Numbered from the stretch's first letter, positions 1 to 10,644 are shown. The stretch: 64,000 bases of DNA from Candidatus Heimdallarchaeota archaeon (GCA_020353515.1 CP070695.1:1634200-1698199); one strand, 5' to 3'. The notes: generated by a model not told the origin, from the sequence alone. A program made the numbers and translations.

Positions 1-20
1 CAAAAATGACTTCAAAAATG

Positions 21-51
21 AAGCCAGCTTTTAAAATTCAAATCCGTGTTT
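21..51. repeat. 31-bp dispersed direct repeat, copy 1 (AAGCCAGCTTT-TAAAATTCA-AATCCGTGTTT)
   Basis: Aligns without gaps to copies at 1120-1150 and 1269-1299. Confidence 0.85.
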
Positions 52-159
52 GACGAAGTAGTAAATTTAGCCTCTTCTGATCCTCAGGGTTATTACGATT
101 CGCAATTATAAAAAATTCTCCCAAGACTATTGCGGTCATTTTTTCGACTAAATAAATTC

Positions 160-846
160 CTATTCTTGCTTAATTAGCTTATACCCGACCCAAATTAACC
201 CTAGTGCATAAACGATAATACCCAAGGTTCGTACGATGTAGGGAAAAAAACCTGGAATAAACATAACGACTCCAATTACAAGAAGAAGAATAGCCCATTT
301 AGGAAAAGAATCAGTCTTATACGTTGAATAACCAAAAATAAGAAATCCTATAACATAAATACTACCTGCCAATAGTAACATAGTGAAAAAGATTGGATTC
401 GAATAAATAGGTCCATTAGATAAATCAATTAGATTAGGATCACTTTCTGCAAGAACTGGCCAAATAAAGGTTTCATAATAGATACCAGCATTATATAATA
501 CTTGTCCAACAAAAGTTATCAAGAAACCGATCATTCCCAATTCTGTTAAATCATTATATTGTTTGAAGAATATCCCTAAAATTCCAATTAATGCTAAAAC
601 AAATCCAATAACTCCTAGGCCATTTACAATCAGCCAATCAGGATCAAGAACCAATAAATGATAATTTGTGGGAACTTCATTAATCGGTAACAAAATTGCA
701 TATAAAAACCAAAAAAAGATCAAAAATACAGCCGATCCTATATTTGCTATTCCAGTGATTCGAAAGAAATTTTTATCCAATGCTTTCATTTTTTCTTTAT
801 TTTCCATTTTTTCCACCATTTTAGTTTTAAAAGAAATTTCTACCAA
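160..846 (-). CDS. Polytopic membrane protein (~6 TM), hypothetical
   Basis: 228-aa ORF with about 6 hydrophobic segments; true start probably an ATG at 819, 807 or 789; lies between repeat copies 1 and 2. Confidence 0.8.
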   Translation of the reverse strand: MVEISFKTKMVEKMENKEKMKALDKNFFRITGIANIGSAVFLIFFWFLYAILLPINEVPTNYHLLVLDPDWLIVNGLGVIGFVLALIGILGIFFKQYNDLTELGMIGFLITFVGQVLYNAGIYYETFIWPVLAESDPNLIDLSNGPIYSNPIFFTMLLLAGSIYVIGFLIFGYSTYKTDSFPKWAILLLVIGVVMFIPGFFPYIVRTLGIIVYALGLIWVGYKLIKQE

Positions 847-1119
847 TAGTGCTAAAAATTTTGGTTTTATGTTAATGATAAACTGTTAGACTATTGTTTT
901 GCAATTGCTTATGCTCAAAACTAATTGTCATTAAAAAAATATCTAACAGAAGTGATAAAATTTACAAATGAATTCCCCTAGATTAGACTAATAGGACAAG
1001 TCTTGTTTAACATTTTTTGAGTTCAATCTAAGTTTGAAGACATTCGAACAGAATTCTAATAGCTGATGGAAAAAAATCTATAGATAATAAAAAGAACTTA
1101 AAAAGTAAAATGAAGTAGA

Positions 1120-1150
1120 AAGCCAGCTTTTGCAATTATAATGTGCGTTT
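1120..1150. repeat. 31-bp dispersed direct repeat, copy 2 (AAGCCAGCTTT-TGCAATTAT-AATGTGCGTTT)
   Basis: Direct alignment with copies 1 and 3. Confidence 0.85.
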
Positions 1151-1268
1151 GAAGACGTTTGAAAGAAATATCATCTATTGTAGTGAAAGAAAATGACAAC
1201 AAAGAAAATTTGCTAAATTATTTCCTACTAAACGTACTAAAAAGCTGTTTGAAAAATAAAACCTACAG

Positions 1269-1299
1269 AAGCCAGCTTTACCAATTATAATCCGTGTTT
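1269..1299. repeat. 31-bp dispersed direct repeat, copy 3 (AAGCCAGCTTT-ACCAATTAT-AATCCGTGTTT)
   Basis: Direct alignment with copies 1 and 2. Confidence 0.85.
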
Positions 1300-1485
1300 T
1301 TCGACATAAGTTAAGGTCAAAGTAGACCTTTTACATTGAGATATATATCTTCAAAAATGATTGAGATCAAAAAGGTTATTAAAGATCTTATTCTACTTAT
1401 GTCTATATTTGCTATACACAAATTAAATGAATTTTTTCTTAATCATTTTGATTAAAAACACTTAAACAAACAGGAGATTGATGTT

Positions 1486-4400
1486 TTGCTCATTATGAAA
1501 AATATTAACAATAATCCTAGGATAACTGGAGCCATTGTTGCCATTCTACTTGTTTTTTCATCCTGCTTATATTTAAATTTGTCTTTTAAAGGAATTAACA
1601 ATGTAACACCCAGCACATCTGATGATTCATCCTCTCTCGAAGCTTTAGATGAAGAGTATATAGACACTGATTATATAGTTCCTATAGAAACCCCCATTCT
1701 TCCCTTCAGCGGTTTTATTGAGAATCTAGGGCAACTTAAGGACAGATTATTAACGCACTATTTCTCAACGGGAGGAATGACGGTAGGTTTTGCCCCCTCG
1801 GAATTACGATTTGTGATAAACTCTCCTGAAACCTTGTCTCCTGTTTGTTTCACATTGACATTCCCTGGGGCTCGAAAGGTATCTCCGAGTGGATTTGAAA
1901 AGCAAGCTCACTATATCAACTACTTCTATGGAAACTTTCACCAAACAAATGTACCAACTTACAAAGAAGTCTGGTATTATGACCTTTACCCAGGAATTGA
2001 TCTGAGGTACTATATGTCTCTTGAGGGTTTGAAGTATGAATTCATTGTCAAACCAGGGGCAGATCCCGACTTAATAACTTTGGAAACAAGTCCCTCAACT
2101 CGATTTGTTGTCGAACATCAGACTGTCTCTTTTCAAACACCTCTACACAAAAATGTCCTTCAGGATACACAGCTTTATGTCTTCCAGCAAGATGGAAAGG
2201 CAATTACGGCTCACTTTGAAGCAAGAGGATCTGACCAAAATCGTTATGGATTTTCACTCTCTCCTTATGATGATTCACAAACATTAGTTATTGATCCGTT
2301 AATGCTGTCATTCAGTACTTTCTTAGGAGGAGGTGGGTACGATTATGCGTATGATGTAGCAGTAGATACCTACAACAACACCTATATTATTGGCCAAACT
2401 GATTCTGTTGCTTTTCCTGTTATTCCTAGTGCCCTAAATACATCATTTAATGGTGGTTCTTCTGACCTATTTATCACGAAATTAAATCCTGTGGGAAGTA
2501 GCTTAATCTTTAGTACTTATCTTGGAGGAAGCGGGGAGGATTCAGGTTTCAGTATTGTAGTTGATACTTACAACAACACCTACTTTACTGGAAAGACTTC
2601 CTCACAGGATTATCCAATAACACCAAATGCAATAAACGATAGTTTTAGTGGAGAATATGATATATTCATTACAAAACTCAATGGTACAGGAAATAAATTA
2701 GTATATTCCACTTATTTAGGAGGAGATGATGATGATTCTGCTCGCGAGATAATGGTGGATGCTTTTAACAACACCTATATCACTGGAGAGACTGAATCAT
2801 TAGATTTTCCAGCTACATCTGGTGCTTTTGATGAAACTTATAATGGTGGAACAAGTGATGCCTATATAGCAAAAGTAAGTGCTGCGGGAGATAATCTCGT
2901 GTTTAGTACTTACATGGGAGGCGAAGGCAATGACTATGGCTATGGAATAGCAATAGATGCTTTTAACAACACTTATATTACAGGAGAGACCTGGTCATCA
3001 AATTTTCCGACTTTTAATGCCTATGATAACAGTAAATGGGGAGATACTGATGTATTTATAACAAAAATAAACGCTACCGGGGAAGCTCTAATTTATAGTA
3101 CTTTTCTTGGTGGAAATGTAGTCGATTATGGTTATGGAATTGCTGTAGATAGTAATAACAATACGTACATAACTGGTAAGACCCTATCATCAAATTTCCC
3201 TATTAAAAACGAATATAGTACTTATAGTGGAAATTTCGATTCTTTTGTGACGAAGTTAAACGCAGCGGGAGATGATCTCGAATATAGCACCTATCTCGGT
3301 GGAAGTGGAGAAGATTCTGGTCATGCGATCGCGGTTGACTCTTTAAACAACGCATATGTTACTGGAAGAACTTCATCTGATGATTTTGATACTACGATCA
3401 ATGCCTATAATGGGACTTATAGTGGAAGTTACGATGCTTTTGTGACAAAAATAGTCGCTGCAGGTAATGATCTGGCATTCAGTACTTATTTAGGAGGGAG
3501 TGGAGAAGACTCTGGTCATGCGATAGCAGTTGACACCAACTATGACACTTATGTTGCTGGATATACTAGATCATCCGATTATCCCACTTATAGCGCTTAT
3601 AATGCCTCATTTGGTGGTAGTTTTGACGGTTTTGTGACAAAATTTACTGTTGATGATACAAATCCAAGTATAACCTTGATTTCTCCAACAGAGGGAACTA
3701 TTAATAATTCAGGAATGGTAATCAATGTGACCATAAAAGACGTTCATCTCACTAATGTAATATTTAATTGGGATGGGGATTACAACCAGACTTGGAATGA
3801 AGGCTATCTGTTCCGATTACCTGGAGGGGATGGACAACACGACTTGTACATTTATGCTTATGATAGAGCAGGGAATTGGGCTACCGAAATGTTTTCTTTT
3901 GTAACAGACGACACACCACCAAAAATACTCATTGTCTCACCTGGGCCATGGATCTATCCCTCTATCACAGTAGATATTTCTGGTGATGCTAGCCACTATT
4001 GGTATTACATTAAGGATGTGGATTCTGTTAATCAGACTTGGACTATGGCAGAAACACGTACTTTTACATCGAATGGTACCTACACACTATACGCGTATGG
4101 TAATGACAGCATTGGTAATATTGCTTGGACAAGTGTGCGATTTACTATTGACACATCGTTTGCTTTAGTTGTGATTGAATCTCCCATAAATACAACTACT
4201 CCAATGAATACAACTTCGGTAAAACTTTCTGGTGATGCTGAGTCTTATTGGTATTACATTTCAGGATTTCAAAATGAGAGTCAAAAACAGACTTATTTAC
4301 CCCCAGATCCAGTGGATTATAATCTAGCTGATGGAACTTACACTTTACATGCTTATGGCAATAATTCTGTTGGTAATGTAACCCACGTAGCCGTAACATT

Positions 4401-5328
4401 TACTATCGACACCATCCCTCCTGTACTTACAATAATCTCTCCAACAAATTCAACGTTCACGACTGGTTCTGTCACTGTAGACCTCTTTGGAGATGCTGAA
4501 CATTATTGGTACTCTATAAAATCATTATTTGATAATCAATCATGGACCTCCGCTACCCAACATAATTTGGTTAATGGTACGTACATTCTGCATGTGTATG
4601 GTAATGATACAGCTGGGAATGAAGCACATAAGAGTGTTATTTTTACTATTGATACCACAAGAGCTACAGTTTTTATTGATTCTCCTTTGAGTATTACCTA
4701 TACAACTAACACTGTTACTGTGTCTTTATCTGGTGATGCTTTATTTTACCTTTACAGGATTCCGGGGGTTATTGATGCCGATACAGTTTGGACTGCTCCA
4801 GTAACATACACTCTAGGAGATGGGACTTATACGGTGTATGCTTATGGCTTTAAAACAATGGGGAAAGCTACATATGTAAATGTTTCATTCACGATAGATA
4901 CAACTCCTCCTATAGTAAATATTGATTCTCCTCAAAGTACAGTTTATACAACGGATACAATCACAATAGCTCTTTCTACCCTCTCTAACGCAGAGCATTA
5001 TTGGTATTATATTGAAGGTATTGATAGTGAGAATCAGACTTGGTCCACTACTACCACACGTAGTAGTCTACCAGATGGTACATATACCATACACGTCTAT
5101 GGTAACGATACTGTTGGTAATGTAGCATATACGAATGTAACATTTATCATTGAGATTCCTATCCCAACCTCAATACCAAGTGGAACTAGTATAACTTTAG
5201 AAACTAGTACGACAGGAACATCGACCACATCATCGGAACCAGGACACTTTCCTAACATTCTGACCGTTCTCTTATTCTTAATAACCTCAGTTGTATTCAT
5301 TCAAAAACGAAAGAAGAATAAAATGTAG
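1486..5328 (+). CDS. Cell-surface protein: SBBP (seven-bladed beta-propeller) repeats plus ~6 Ig-like repeats, C-terminal membrane anchor
   Basis: N-terminal signal/TM; FIENLGQ and YDLYPGIDLRY N-domain; ~7 repeats of STYLGGSGEDxGxxIAVD..YITGxTxS; repeats of HYWY..DGTYTLHAYGND..FTIDT; Thr/Ser linker, PGHF, TM and KRKK tail; start TTG 1486 or ATG 1495. Confidence 0.9.
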   Translation: MLIMKNINNNPRITGAIVAILLVFSSCLYLNLSFKGINNVTPSTSDDSSSLEALDEEYIDTDYIVPIETPILPFSGFIENLGQLKDRLLTHYFSTGGMTVGFAPSELRFVINSPETLSPVCFTLTFPGARKVSPSGFEKQAHYINYFYGNFHQTNVPTYKEVWYYDLYPGIDLRYYMSLEGLKYEFIVKPGADPDLITLETSPSTRFVVEHQTVSFQTPLHKNVLQDTQLYVFQQDGKAITAHFEARGSDQNRYGFSLSPYDDSQTLVIDPLMLSFSTFLGGGGYDYAYDVAVDTYNNTYIIGQTDSVAFPVIPSALNTSFNGGSSDLFITKLNPVGSSLIFSTYLGGSGEDSGFSIVVDTYNNTYFTGKTSSQDYPITPNAINDSFSGEYDIFITKLNGTGNKLVYSTYLGGDDDDSAREIMVDAFNNTYITGETESLDFPATSGAFDETYNGGTSDAYIAKVSAAGDNLVFSTYMGGEGNDYGYGIAIDAFNNTYITGETWSSNFPTFNAYDNSKWGDTDVFITKINATGEALIYSTFLGGNVVDYGYGIAVDSNNNTYITGKTLSSNFPIKNEYSTYSGNFDSFVTKLNAAGDDLEYSTYLGGSGEDSGHAIAVDSLNNAYVTGRTSSDDFDTTINAYNGTYSGSYDAFVTKIVAAGNDLAFSTYLGGSGEDSGHAIAVDTNYDTYVAGYTRSSDYPTYSAYNASFGGSFDGFVTKFTVDDTNPSITLISPTEGTINNSGMVINVTIKDVHLTNVIFNWDGDYNQTWNEGYLFRLPGGDGQHDLYIYAYDRAGNWATEMFSFVTDDTPPKILIVSPGPWIYPSITVDISGDASHYWYYIKDVDSVNQTWTMAETRTFTSNGTYTLYAYGNDSIGNIAWTSVRFTIDTSFALVVIESPINTTTPMNTTSVKLSGDAESYWYYISGFQNESQKQTYLPPDPVDYNLADGTYTLHAYGNNSVGNVTHVAVTFTIDTIPPVLTIISPTNSTFTTGSVTVDLFGDAEHYWYSIKSLFDNQSWTSATQHNLVNGTYILHVYGNDTAGNEAHKSVIFTIDTTRATVFIDSPLSITYTTNTVTVSLSGDALFYLYRIPGVIDADTVWTAPVTYTLGDGTYTVYAYGFKTMGKATYVNVSFTIDTTPPIVNIDSPQSTVYTTDTITIALSTLSNAEHYWYYIEGIDSENQTWSTTTTRSSLPDGTYTIHVYGNDTVGNVAYTNVTFIIEIPIPTSIPSGTSITLETSTTGTSTTSSEPGHFPNILTVLLFLITSVVFIQKRKKNKM

Positions 5329-5359
5329 TCAGAACGAAATCTAATCTAAAAAATAAAGT

Positions 5360-8095
5360 TTATTCCTGAGTTCCTGTTAATTTCTTTAGTTTAGTTAAAT
5401 TTGAATAATTGACTCGTTCACATTTCATATCTTTAACATCTTTAGCCAATTTTAATGCTGATTCAATAGTAGTCCGCGCTTTATCCCATCTTTCTAGGTC
5501 TAAATATAGGCTTCCTGCAACAGTTTTCCACTTGCATAGATTTTGTTTATTATTATGTTCCTCGGCGCTAGTGATTGCTTTCTCAAGATATTCTACTGCT
5601 TCTCTTAATTGGCCTTTTGTGCTTGTAGTTTCTTGAATTGTTGTTCCTATTTTTCCGTATAGTTCTCCTTCAGCTTCTTTATTCATGTCTTTAACATATT
5701 CAAGACAATTATTATACTCATTGAGAGCTTCTTTGAATTTTTCTTCTCTGAAATAGATATCTCCTAGTTTTACACGCCACTTTGCCTTACGATTTCGTGT
5801 TTCTGCCATTTTAAATGCTTTCTCAATGTTTGTTATTGCAAGATCCATACGTCCAACTTCTTGATAAGCCTCCACAATATCTCCATACAAAGATTCCTCG
5901 AGTTCCTTATCTCCGATTTTCGAGGCGAGATTAACTGCTTTCTTAAATGTATCAATTGATTTTTGCTCATCACTTTTAATATAACATTTTCCAAGGTTAA
6001 TTAATTGTTTAAGTTGGAATTGATTGTCTTTCTGACCTCGTGCGATTTTCAAGGCTGTCTCAAAGGATTCAGTAGCTTTAACTGGTTTATTTTTTGCAAA
6101 GTAAGCTTCACCTAGATTTGAATGAGCAACTCCTTTCAATTTTGTTAAAGAGAGGTTTTCAGCGATTTTTATAGCCTCACTACTATTTTTGATAGTTTTA
6201 TTATGTTCATTTAAAGATAGGTACTCTGTACCGAGATTAGTCAAGATTTCTGCCTTTGTTTCTTGATCTAATTCTGAAAGCTTACTTAAGGCTTGTTCAT
6301 TGTGATCTATTGCCAGGTTCATATTCCCCTGTTTCTCATAGGTATATGCTAGCTTGGTTAGCCATTGTGCTTCCTCTTTTCTGATACCTAAGGATGAAAT
6401 AATTTTTAATGCATCCTGATAGTAACTAATTGCCTTAGTTTGATCACCTTCCATGAAAGCAACATTCCCAAGAGACCCAGTCCACATACTCTCATACATT
6501 TTAAGATTATTTTCTCGTGCTTTATCTAAAGCTTCTTTATAATACTTTTTGGCCGAGTTAATATCTCCAGTGTCATAATATACATTACCAAGGTTACCTA
6601 ATTGTTTCTCTACTTCAATATTCCCCGTTATTTCATCTTTAATGGATTTAGCTCTCTCTAATGCTACTTTATAAGATTTTAATGCCTGTTCAGGTTTTCC
6701 TAAAGCAATTTCTGCCTTTGCTTGCTGTTCAAGACAATGTAATTGGCTTTCATTATCCCCTATTCTTTCAGATATCTTTTGCGCTTCATTAAAATGCGTG
6801 AGAGCTTTATCATATTTAGCTAAATCATATTGGGTTCTTCCAAGTGCTATTAGTACTTCAATATTGTCTCTTTCATCTTCTGTTTCCTTTACTACTTTGA
6901 GAGCTTTATTGAATTCTGAACTAGCATTTGTTGTATCCCCTGTTTCTTCATAAATCTTCCCTAAACCTAGATGGTACATTGCTTGTTTTTCTTGATGCTT
7001 TCTATTGTGAGCTAATTTAATTGCTTCTTTAAAATGTTCGATTGCTATTTCTTTTTGACTTATTTTCGCTTCAGCTTCAGCTAATTTTCCATACCATTCC
7101 ATGGCATGATCTTTGTCAATTTCTTTAGCAATAGTGACCGCTTTAGTTAAATGTTTGATAGCCTTTGTATACTGCTTCATCTCATAGTAAGCTTTCCCAA
7201 CCTTACCTAATTGAAGTTCAAAAGCCCTCTTATCATCAGATGACTTCAATACCCTCGCTGATTTTTCATAGTTATCTTTTGCTTTTTCTAAATCCCCACT
7301 AGTGAAGAAAATATCTGCTAATAACCCTAAATAACTTGCTTCTTCTTCTCTTTCTCTAGTTGTTTCAACAATCTTTATTGCTTTTTCAAGATTATCTATA
7401 GCTTTAGATAATTCATCTTCCACAAAATAAGTATTTCCTAAGAGAGCATAACTCATCCCTTCAAGATTCTTCGCTGAAACTTCATTCGCTAACACTCTTG
7501 CTTTTTCAAAAAATGAAATAGCTTTGTTGAAGTCTCCTTGTTTATGTGAACATTGCCCAAGGAAATTTAACCATTTTGCTTCATTTCGCTTATCATTCAA
7601 CTTCTTACTCAATGATATAGCCTTTTCGAACCAATTCACTGCTTCTGATATTTCATCACCTTCAAGGTGGTGAATTCCTAATTGACCATAACATTTTAAT
7701 TCTGCAGTTAACTCCCCACTTGCAGTAGCTAGCACTGTAGCTTGCTGATAGGATTCTCTAGAATCTTTTAACTTCCCTGCAAGCTTTTGTACTTTTCCCA
7801 ATTGCATTAAGATGTTTAATTCATTTTTCTTGTCTCCTAATGCATTATAGATTTTATTTGATTTCTTAAAATTCTTAATTGAATCAGATATGTTTTCTAA
7901 TTTTATGTTAACTTCAGCTAATTTTCCGAGTATTCTTGCTTCAGTAGGTTTATCATTAATCTCGTGCGCTAGCTCTACTGCTTCCTCGAAATATTTTGAG
8001 GCCCTTTCTGCATGAATTTCCTGAATGTCGAAAATAGCGTCCAATGCTTCATCTTTTTTTGATTTAATCTCGGTAACTGTGTGAGGATCACTCAT
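5360..8095 (-). CDS. Protein E: cytoplasmic all-TPR solenoid (~22 repeats of ~40 aa)
   Basis: Continuous LGxxY..G...A...Y..AL repeats; no signal peptide, TM or catalytic domain; ATGA overlap with upstream gene and GGAGTTGA SD. Confidence 0.92.
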   Translation of the reverse strand: MSDPHTVTEIKSKKDEALDAIFDIQEIHAERASKYFEEAVELAHEINDKPTEARILGKLAEVNIKLENISDSIKNFKKSNKIYNALGDKKNELNILMQLGKVQKLAGKLKDSRESYQQATVLATASGELTAELKCYGQLGIHHLEGDEISEAVNWFEKAISLSKKLNDKRNEAKWLNFLGQCSHKQGDFNKAISFFEKARVLANEVSAKNLEGMSYALLGNTYFVEDELSKAIDNLEKAIKIVETTREREEEASYLGLLADIFFTSGDLEKAKDNYEKSARVLKSSDDKRAFELQLGKVGKAYYEMKQYTKAIKHLTKAVTIAKEIDKDHAMEWYGKLAEAEAKISQKEIAIEHFKEAIKLAHNRKHQEKQAMYHLGLGKIYEETGDTTNASSEFNKALKVVKETEDERDNIEVLIALGRTQYDLAKYDKALTHFNEAQKISERIGDNESQLHCLEQQAKAEIALGKPEQALKSYKVALERAKSIKDEITGNIEVEKQLGNLGNVYYDTGDINSAKKYYKEALDKARENNLKMYESMWTGSLGNVAFMEGDQTKAISYYQDALKIISSLGIRKEEAQWLTKLAYTYEKQGNMNLAIDHNEQALSKLSELDQETKAEILTNLGTEYLSLNEHNKTIKNSSEAIKIAENLSLTKLKGVAHSNLGEAYFAKNKPVKATESFETALKIARGQKDNQFQLKQLINLGKCYIKSDEQKSIDTFKKAVNLASKIGDKELEESLYGDIVEAYQEVGRMDLAITNIEKAFKMAETRNRKAKWRVKLGDIYFREEKFKEALNEYNNCLEYVKDMNKEAEGELYGKIGTTIQETTSTKGQLREAVEYLEKAITSAEEHNNKQNLCKWKTVAGSLYLDLERWDKARTTIESALKLAKDVKDMKCERVNYSNLTKLKKLTGTQE

Positions 8096-10632
8096 GTTTC
8101 ATCAACTCCTAGAGCTAAGTAAGCGTTTCCTAAGCTTTCTAACTCCTGTATTTGGAGTTTCTTATCCCCAGTCTTTTTGAATATCTCTAATGCTTCCTTA
8201 TGGTTGTTAATCGCTTTCTTAAAATTACCAGCCTCATAATAAATACGGCCAATAGCTCCAAGTCTTTTTCCCTCTTCGTGTACGTTTTTTACCTTTCGAG
8301 CTTTCTTTAAAGCTTTCGTCTCATCTTTCACAGCCGAAGGAACCATTAGATGACGAGTAACAATCCAATATCCAGCAACGCAAGCACTTAGGACTATAAA
8401 TCCTCCCATAATAAGAGCTGGCCAAGGATTTGCTGCTGGTTGAGCGAGATAAGGTGGGATGGGTTGATGTGGAGTTGGTACCCCTGTCTGTTCTTCAGCA
8501 CCAGGAATATCAGGATTCGCATACACGATCACAGTAATAGAATCTTCAACATCTTGGGTTATTACAATTTTAAATTCGTACGTGCCAACAGGTAGATCAT
8601 CGATGTTTACTTGATAGAGTATAGGTTCCCCAGGTTCAAACACACCTGTATCAATGATCGTTTTGGTGGTTCCGTTGTCTTGAAATATTGTGTAAAAACC
8701 ACTTTCATTGCTATAAACTGTCCAGTTTAAATTTAGCACTTGACCAGTCTTTTCATATTCATACTGTATTTGAGAGGGCAATTTTGTTTTTATCTCGACA
8801 TCATATACAAATACGAGCACGGTATCAATAATTGTATTCCCTGAAAGATCAGTAGCAACAAGAGTATAGTTATAAACTGTATATTCCTCTATACCGAGAA
8901 CACTGAAGTTACAAGTGATCGGTACAGCCGAATCCCAAGAATCAAACACGATTTCTGTGCCATTGAAATATAGAAAGTAATTGGAGGGATAACTGTCAAT
9001 CAGAGTCCATGATATTACTTGATCCGAAGCTCCAAAACTTAAGTAAAGATCATCTGGACTATTTACTAGCTGTGGTAAATCCATTTCAATGACTGAAACC
9101 TTGACAATATCTATGATTTGATTACCTGTGCTTTCTGTTAATACTATTCGATAAGAATGTTGACCAATAGGTAGACTATAATTTAACTTATGGATAATTG
9201 GAGAGCCAGATATCCAGAGGTCACTTTCTTTTAGAACATCATCCTTGAATATTGCGTAACTTTGTGCTTGGGTGTCTGTAGCAACCCATGAGATGGAACT
9301 GGAGGTATTTCCCTCTTCAATAATGGGATCTGCAGGCCTGACGAAAGTTTGAAGGGTTAAAGTTTGGCTATCAACCTTATTTTGTAAATATTGAACTTCT
9401 TGACTTGTTTCATCAATGTAAATCCAATTATCGACATTTGTTATTTCATTGAATTGTAATTGTGTCTCATTGCATGAAATAATATATAATCCATAAGAGG
9501 GAGATATATCAGCGATTGAGTTATTATTTACCCCTAAATACCCACATTTCTCGATGAAAATCCCTATAGATTCAGAATTTGACGAAATTAGATTTGAAAT
9601 ATCGTTCTTTTCAATATCTACACTCTCACTTTTTTGTAGGCTTATACCAGTATTTACACCATAGGAAGAGAGCTGCTGGATGGTATTAGTTTTTATATAT
9701 GCACCCGTACAATGATCTAAAAATACTCCACCCACCTCACTGAATGAGGCATCAATCGTAATAATATTATTTTGACTAATTTTGGAGTGCGGACTATCTT
9801 CTAATGATATTCCAAACGCAACTTGGCTAGTAGAGATTATATTAGAAATTGAAGTGTTATTAACCACTGTTGTAGAACTATCTTCCCCATAAACCCCGTA
9901 AGAAGATTTTGAGCTGATTTCATTAATGATAGAATCATTGATATTATTTTCAGTTGAAGATTCTAAAAAGATCCCATATCCATATCCATTGGAGTTTAGA
10001 TTTTTTATTCGAGTTTTTAAAATCTCGACTTCATTACTATCATAAATTCTGACTCCGTAAACATCTCGGGGATTTACAAAACCTGTAGACGTGGACGCGA
10101 TTTTCTCAATAGTATTATTCTTAATGGTTGTGTTCTGAGAATTAACCAAGTGGATACCTGAAACAGAATTAGAAGTTGATGTGATGTTGTAAATCGTATT
10201 TTTAAAGATCTCTGTATGTGGACTGTTATTTAACAACAGACCGTAAGTATAAGAAGAATCAGCAAAGTTTGCAATTTGACAATTCCCGATGTATGAATAT
10301 GGACTGTCTATTACTTCAAGAGGCGAGGACCAAATTTCAAAATCATGTATCTCACTTGCAGGAGCATTAATAATTGTAATAGATTTTATTGGATGTTTAA
10401 TATCATCGTTAAGAAAATCAATGGAATTAAGAATTAAGGCTTGACCATTTCCATCTAAAGTGAGAGTCGAACCATCAACATCTTGATGAATTTTAACCTT
10501 AACTTCTTGGTCCTGGACTATATAGGTGTTAACTTGATTAACTTCCGTAATTGTAAGAAACACCATATGTAGTGGATTAAGAGTTGGTAATGCAGCCACT
10601 AATAGAAAAAATAGAAATATTTTATTTTTCAT
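8092..10632 (-). CDS. Protein D: single-pass receptor-like protein (right-handed beta-helix NosD/PbH1, 3 Ig-like repeats, TM, cytoplasmic TPR tail)
   Basis: Signal peptide; GIxLxxSxxxxIxxNxI repeats; W...D....Y.....G.....W Ig repeats; TM WPALIMGGFIVLSACVAGYWIV; tail LGAIGRIYYEAGNFKKAINNHKEAL; GGAGTG SD. Confidence 0.88.
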   Translation of the reverse strand: MKNKIFLFFLLVAALPTLNPLHMVFLTITEVNQVNTYIVQDQEVKVKIHQDVDGSTLTLDGNGQALILNSIDFLNDDIKHPIKSITIINAPASEIHDFEIWSSPLEVIDSPYSYIGNCQIANFADSSYTYGLLLNNSPHTEIFKNTIYNITSTSNSVSGIHLVNSQNTTIKNNTIEKIASTSTGFVNPRDVYGVRIYDSNEVEILKTRIKNLNSNGYGYGIFLESSTENNINDSIINEISSKSSYGVYGEDSSTTVVNNTSISNIISTSQVAFGISLEDSPHSKISQNNIITIDASFSEVGGVFLDHCTGAYIKTNTIQQLSSYGVNTGISLQKSESVDIEKNDISNLISSNSESIGIFIEKCGYLGVNNNSIADISPSYGLYIISCNETQLQFNEITNVDNWIYIDETSQEVQYLQNKVDSQTLTLQTFVRPADPIIEEGNTSSSISWVATDTQAQSYAIFKDDVLKESDLWISGSPIIHKLNYSLPIGQHSYRIVLTESTGNQIIDIVKVSVIEMDLPQLVNSPDDLYLSFGASDQVISWTLIDSYPSNYFLYFNGTEIVFDSWDSAVPITCNFSVLGIEEYTVYNYTLVATDLSGNTIIDTVLVFVYDVEIKTKLPSQIQYEYEKTGQVLNLNWTVYSNESGFYTIFQDNGTTKTIIDTGVFEPGEPILYQVNIDDLPVGTYEFKIVITQDVEDSITVIVYANPDIPGAEEQTGVPTPHQPIPPYLAQPAANPWPALIMGGFIVLSACVAGYWIVTRHLMVPSAVKDETKALKKARKVKNVHEEGKRLGAIGRIYYEAGNFKKAINNHKEALEIFKKTGDKKLQIQELESLGNAYLALGVDET

Positions 10633-10644
10633 GGTTTCACACTC

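Noticed and set aside
21-1299. 31-bp repeats as a CRISPR array
   Set aside because: Intervals are ~1070 and 118 bp, the repeat centre is variable, and no cas genes are present
21-1299. Canonical integron attC sites
   Set aside because: No clear RYYYAAC...GTTRRRY paired hairpin around the copies; kept only as a generic recombination-site hypothesis
8085-8110. Frameshifted pseudogene joining D and E
   Set aside because: ATGA overlap with a well-placed SD, the same junction type as other genes in the locus
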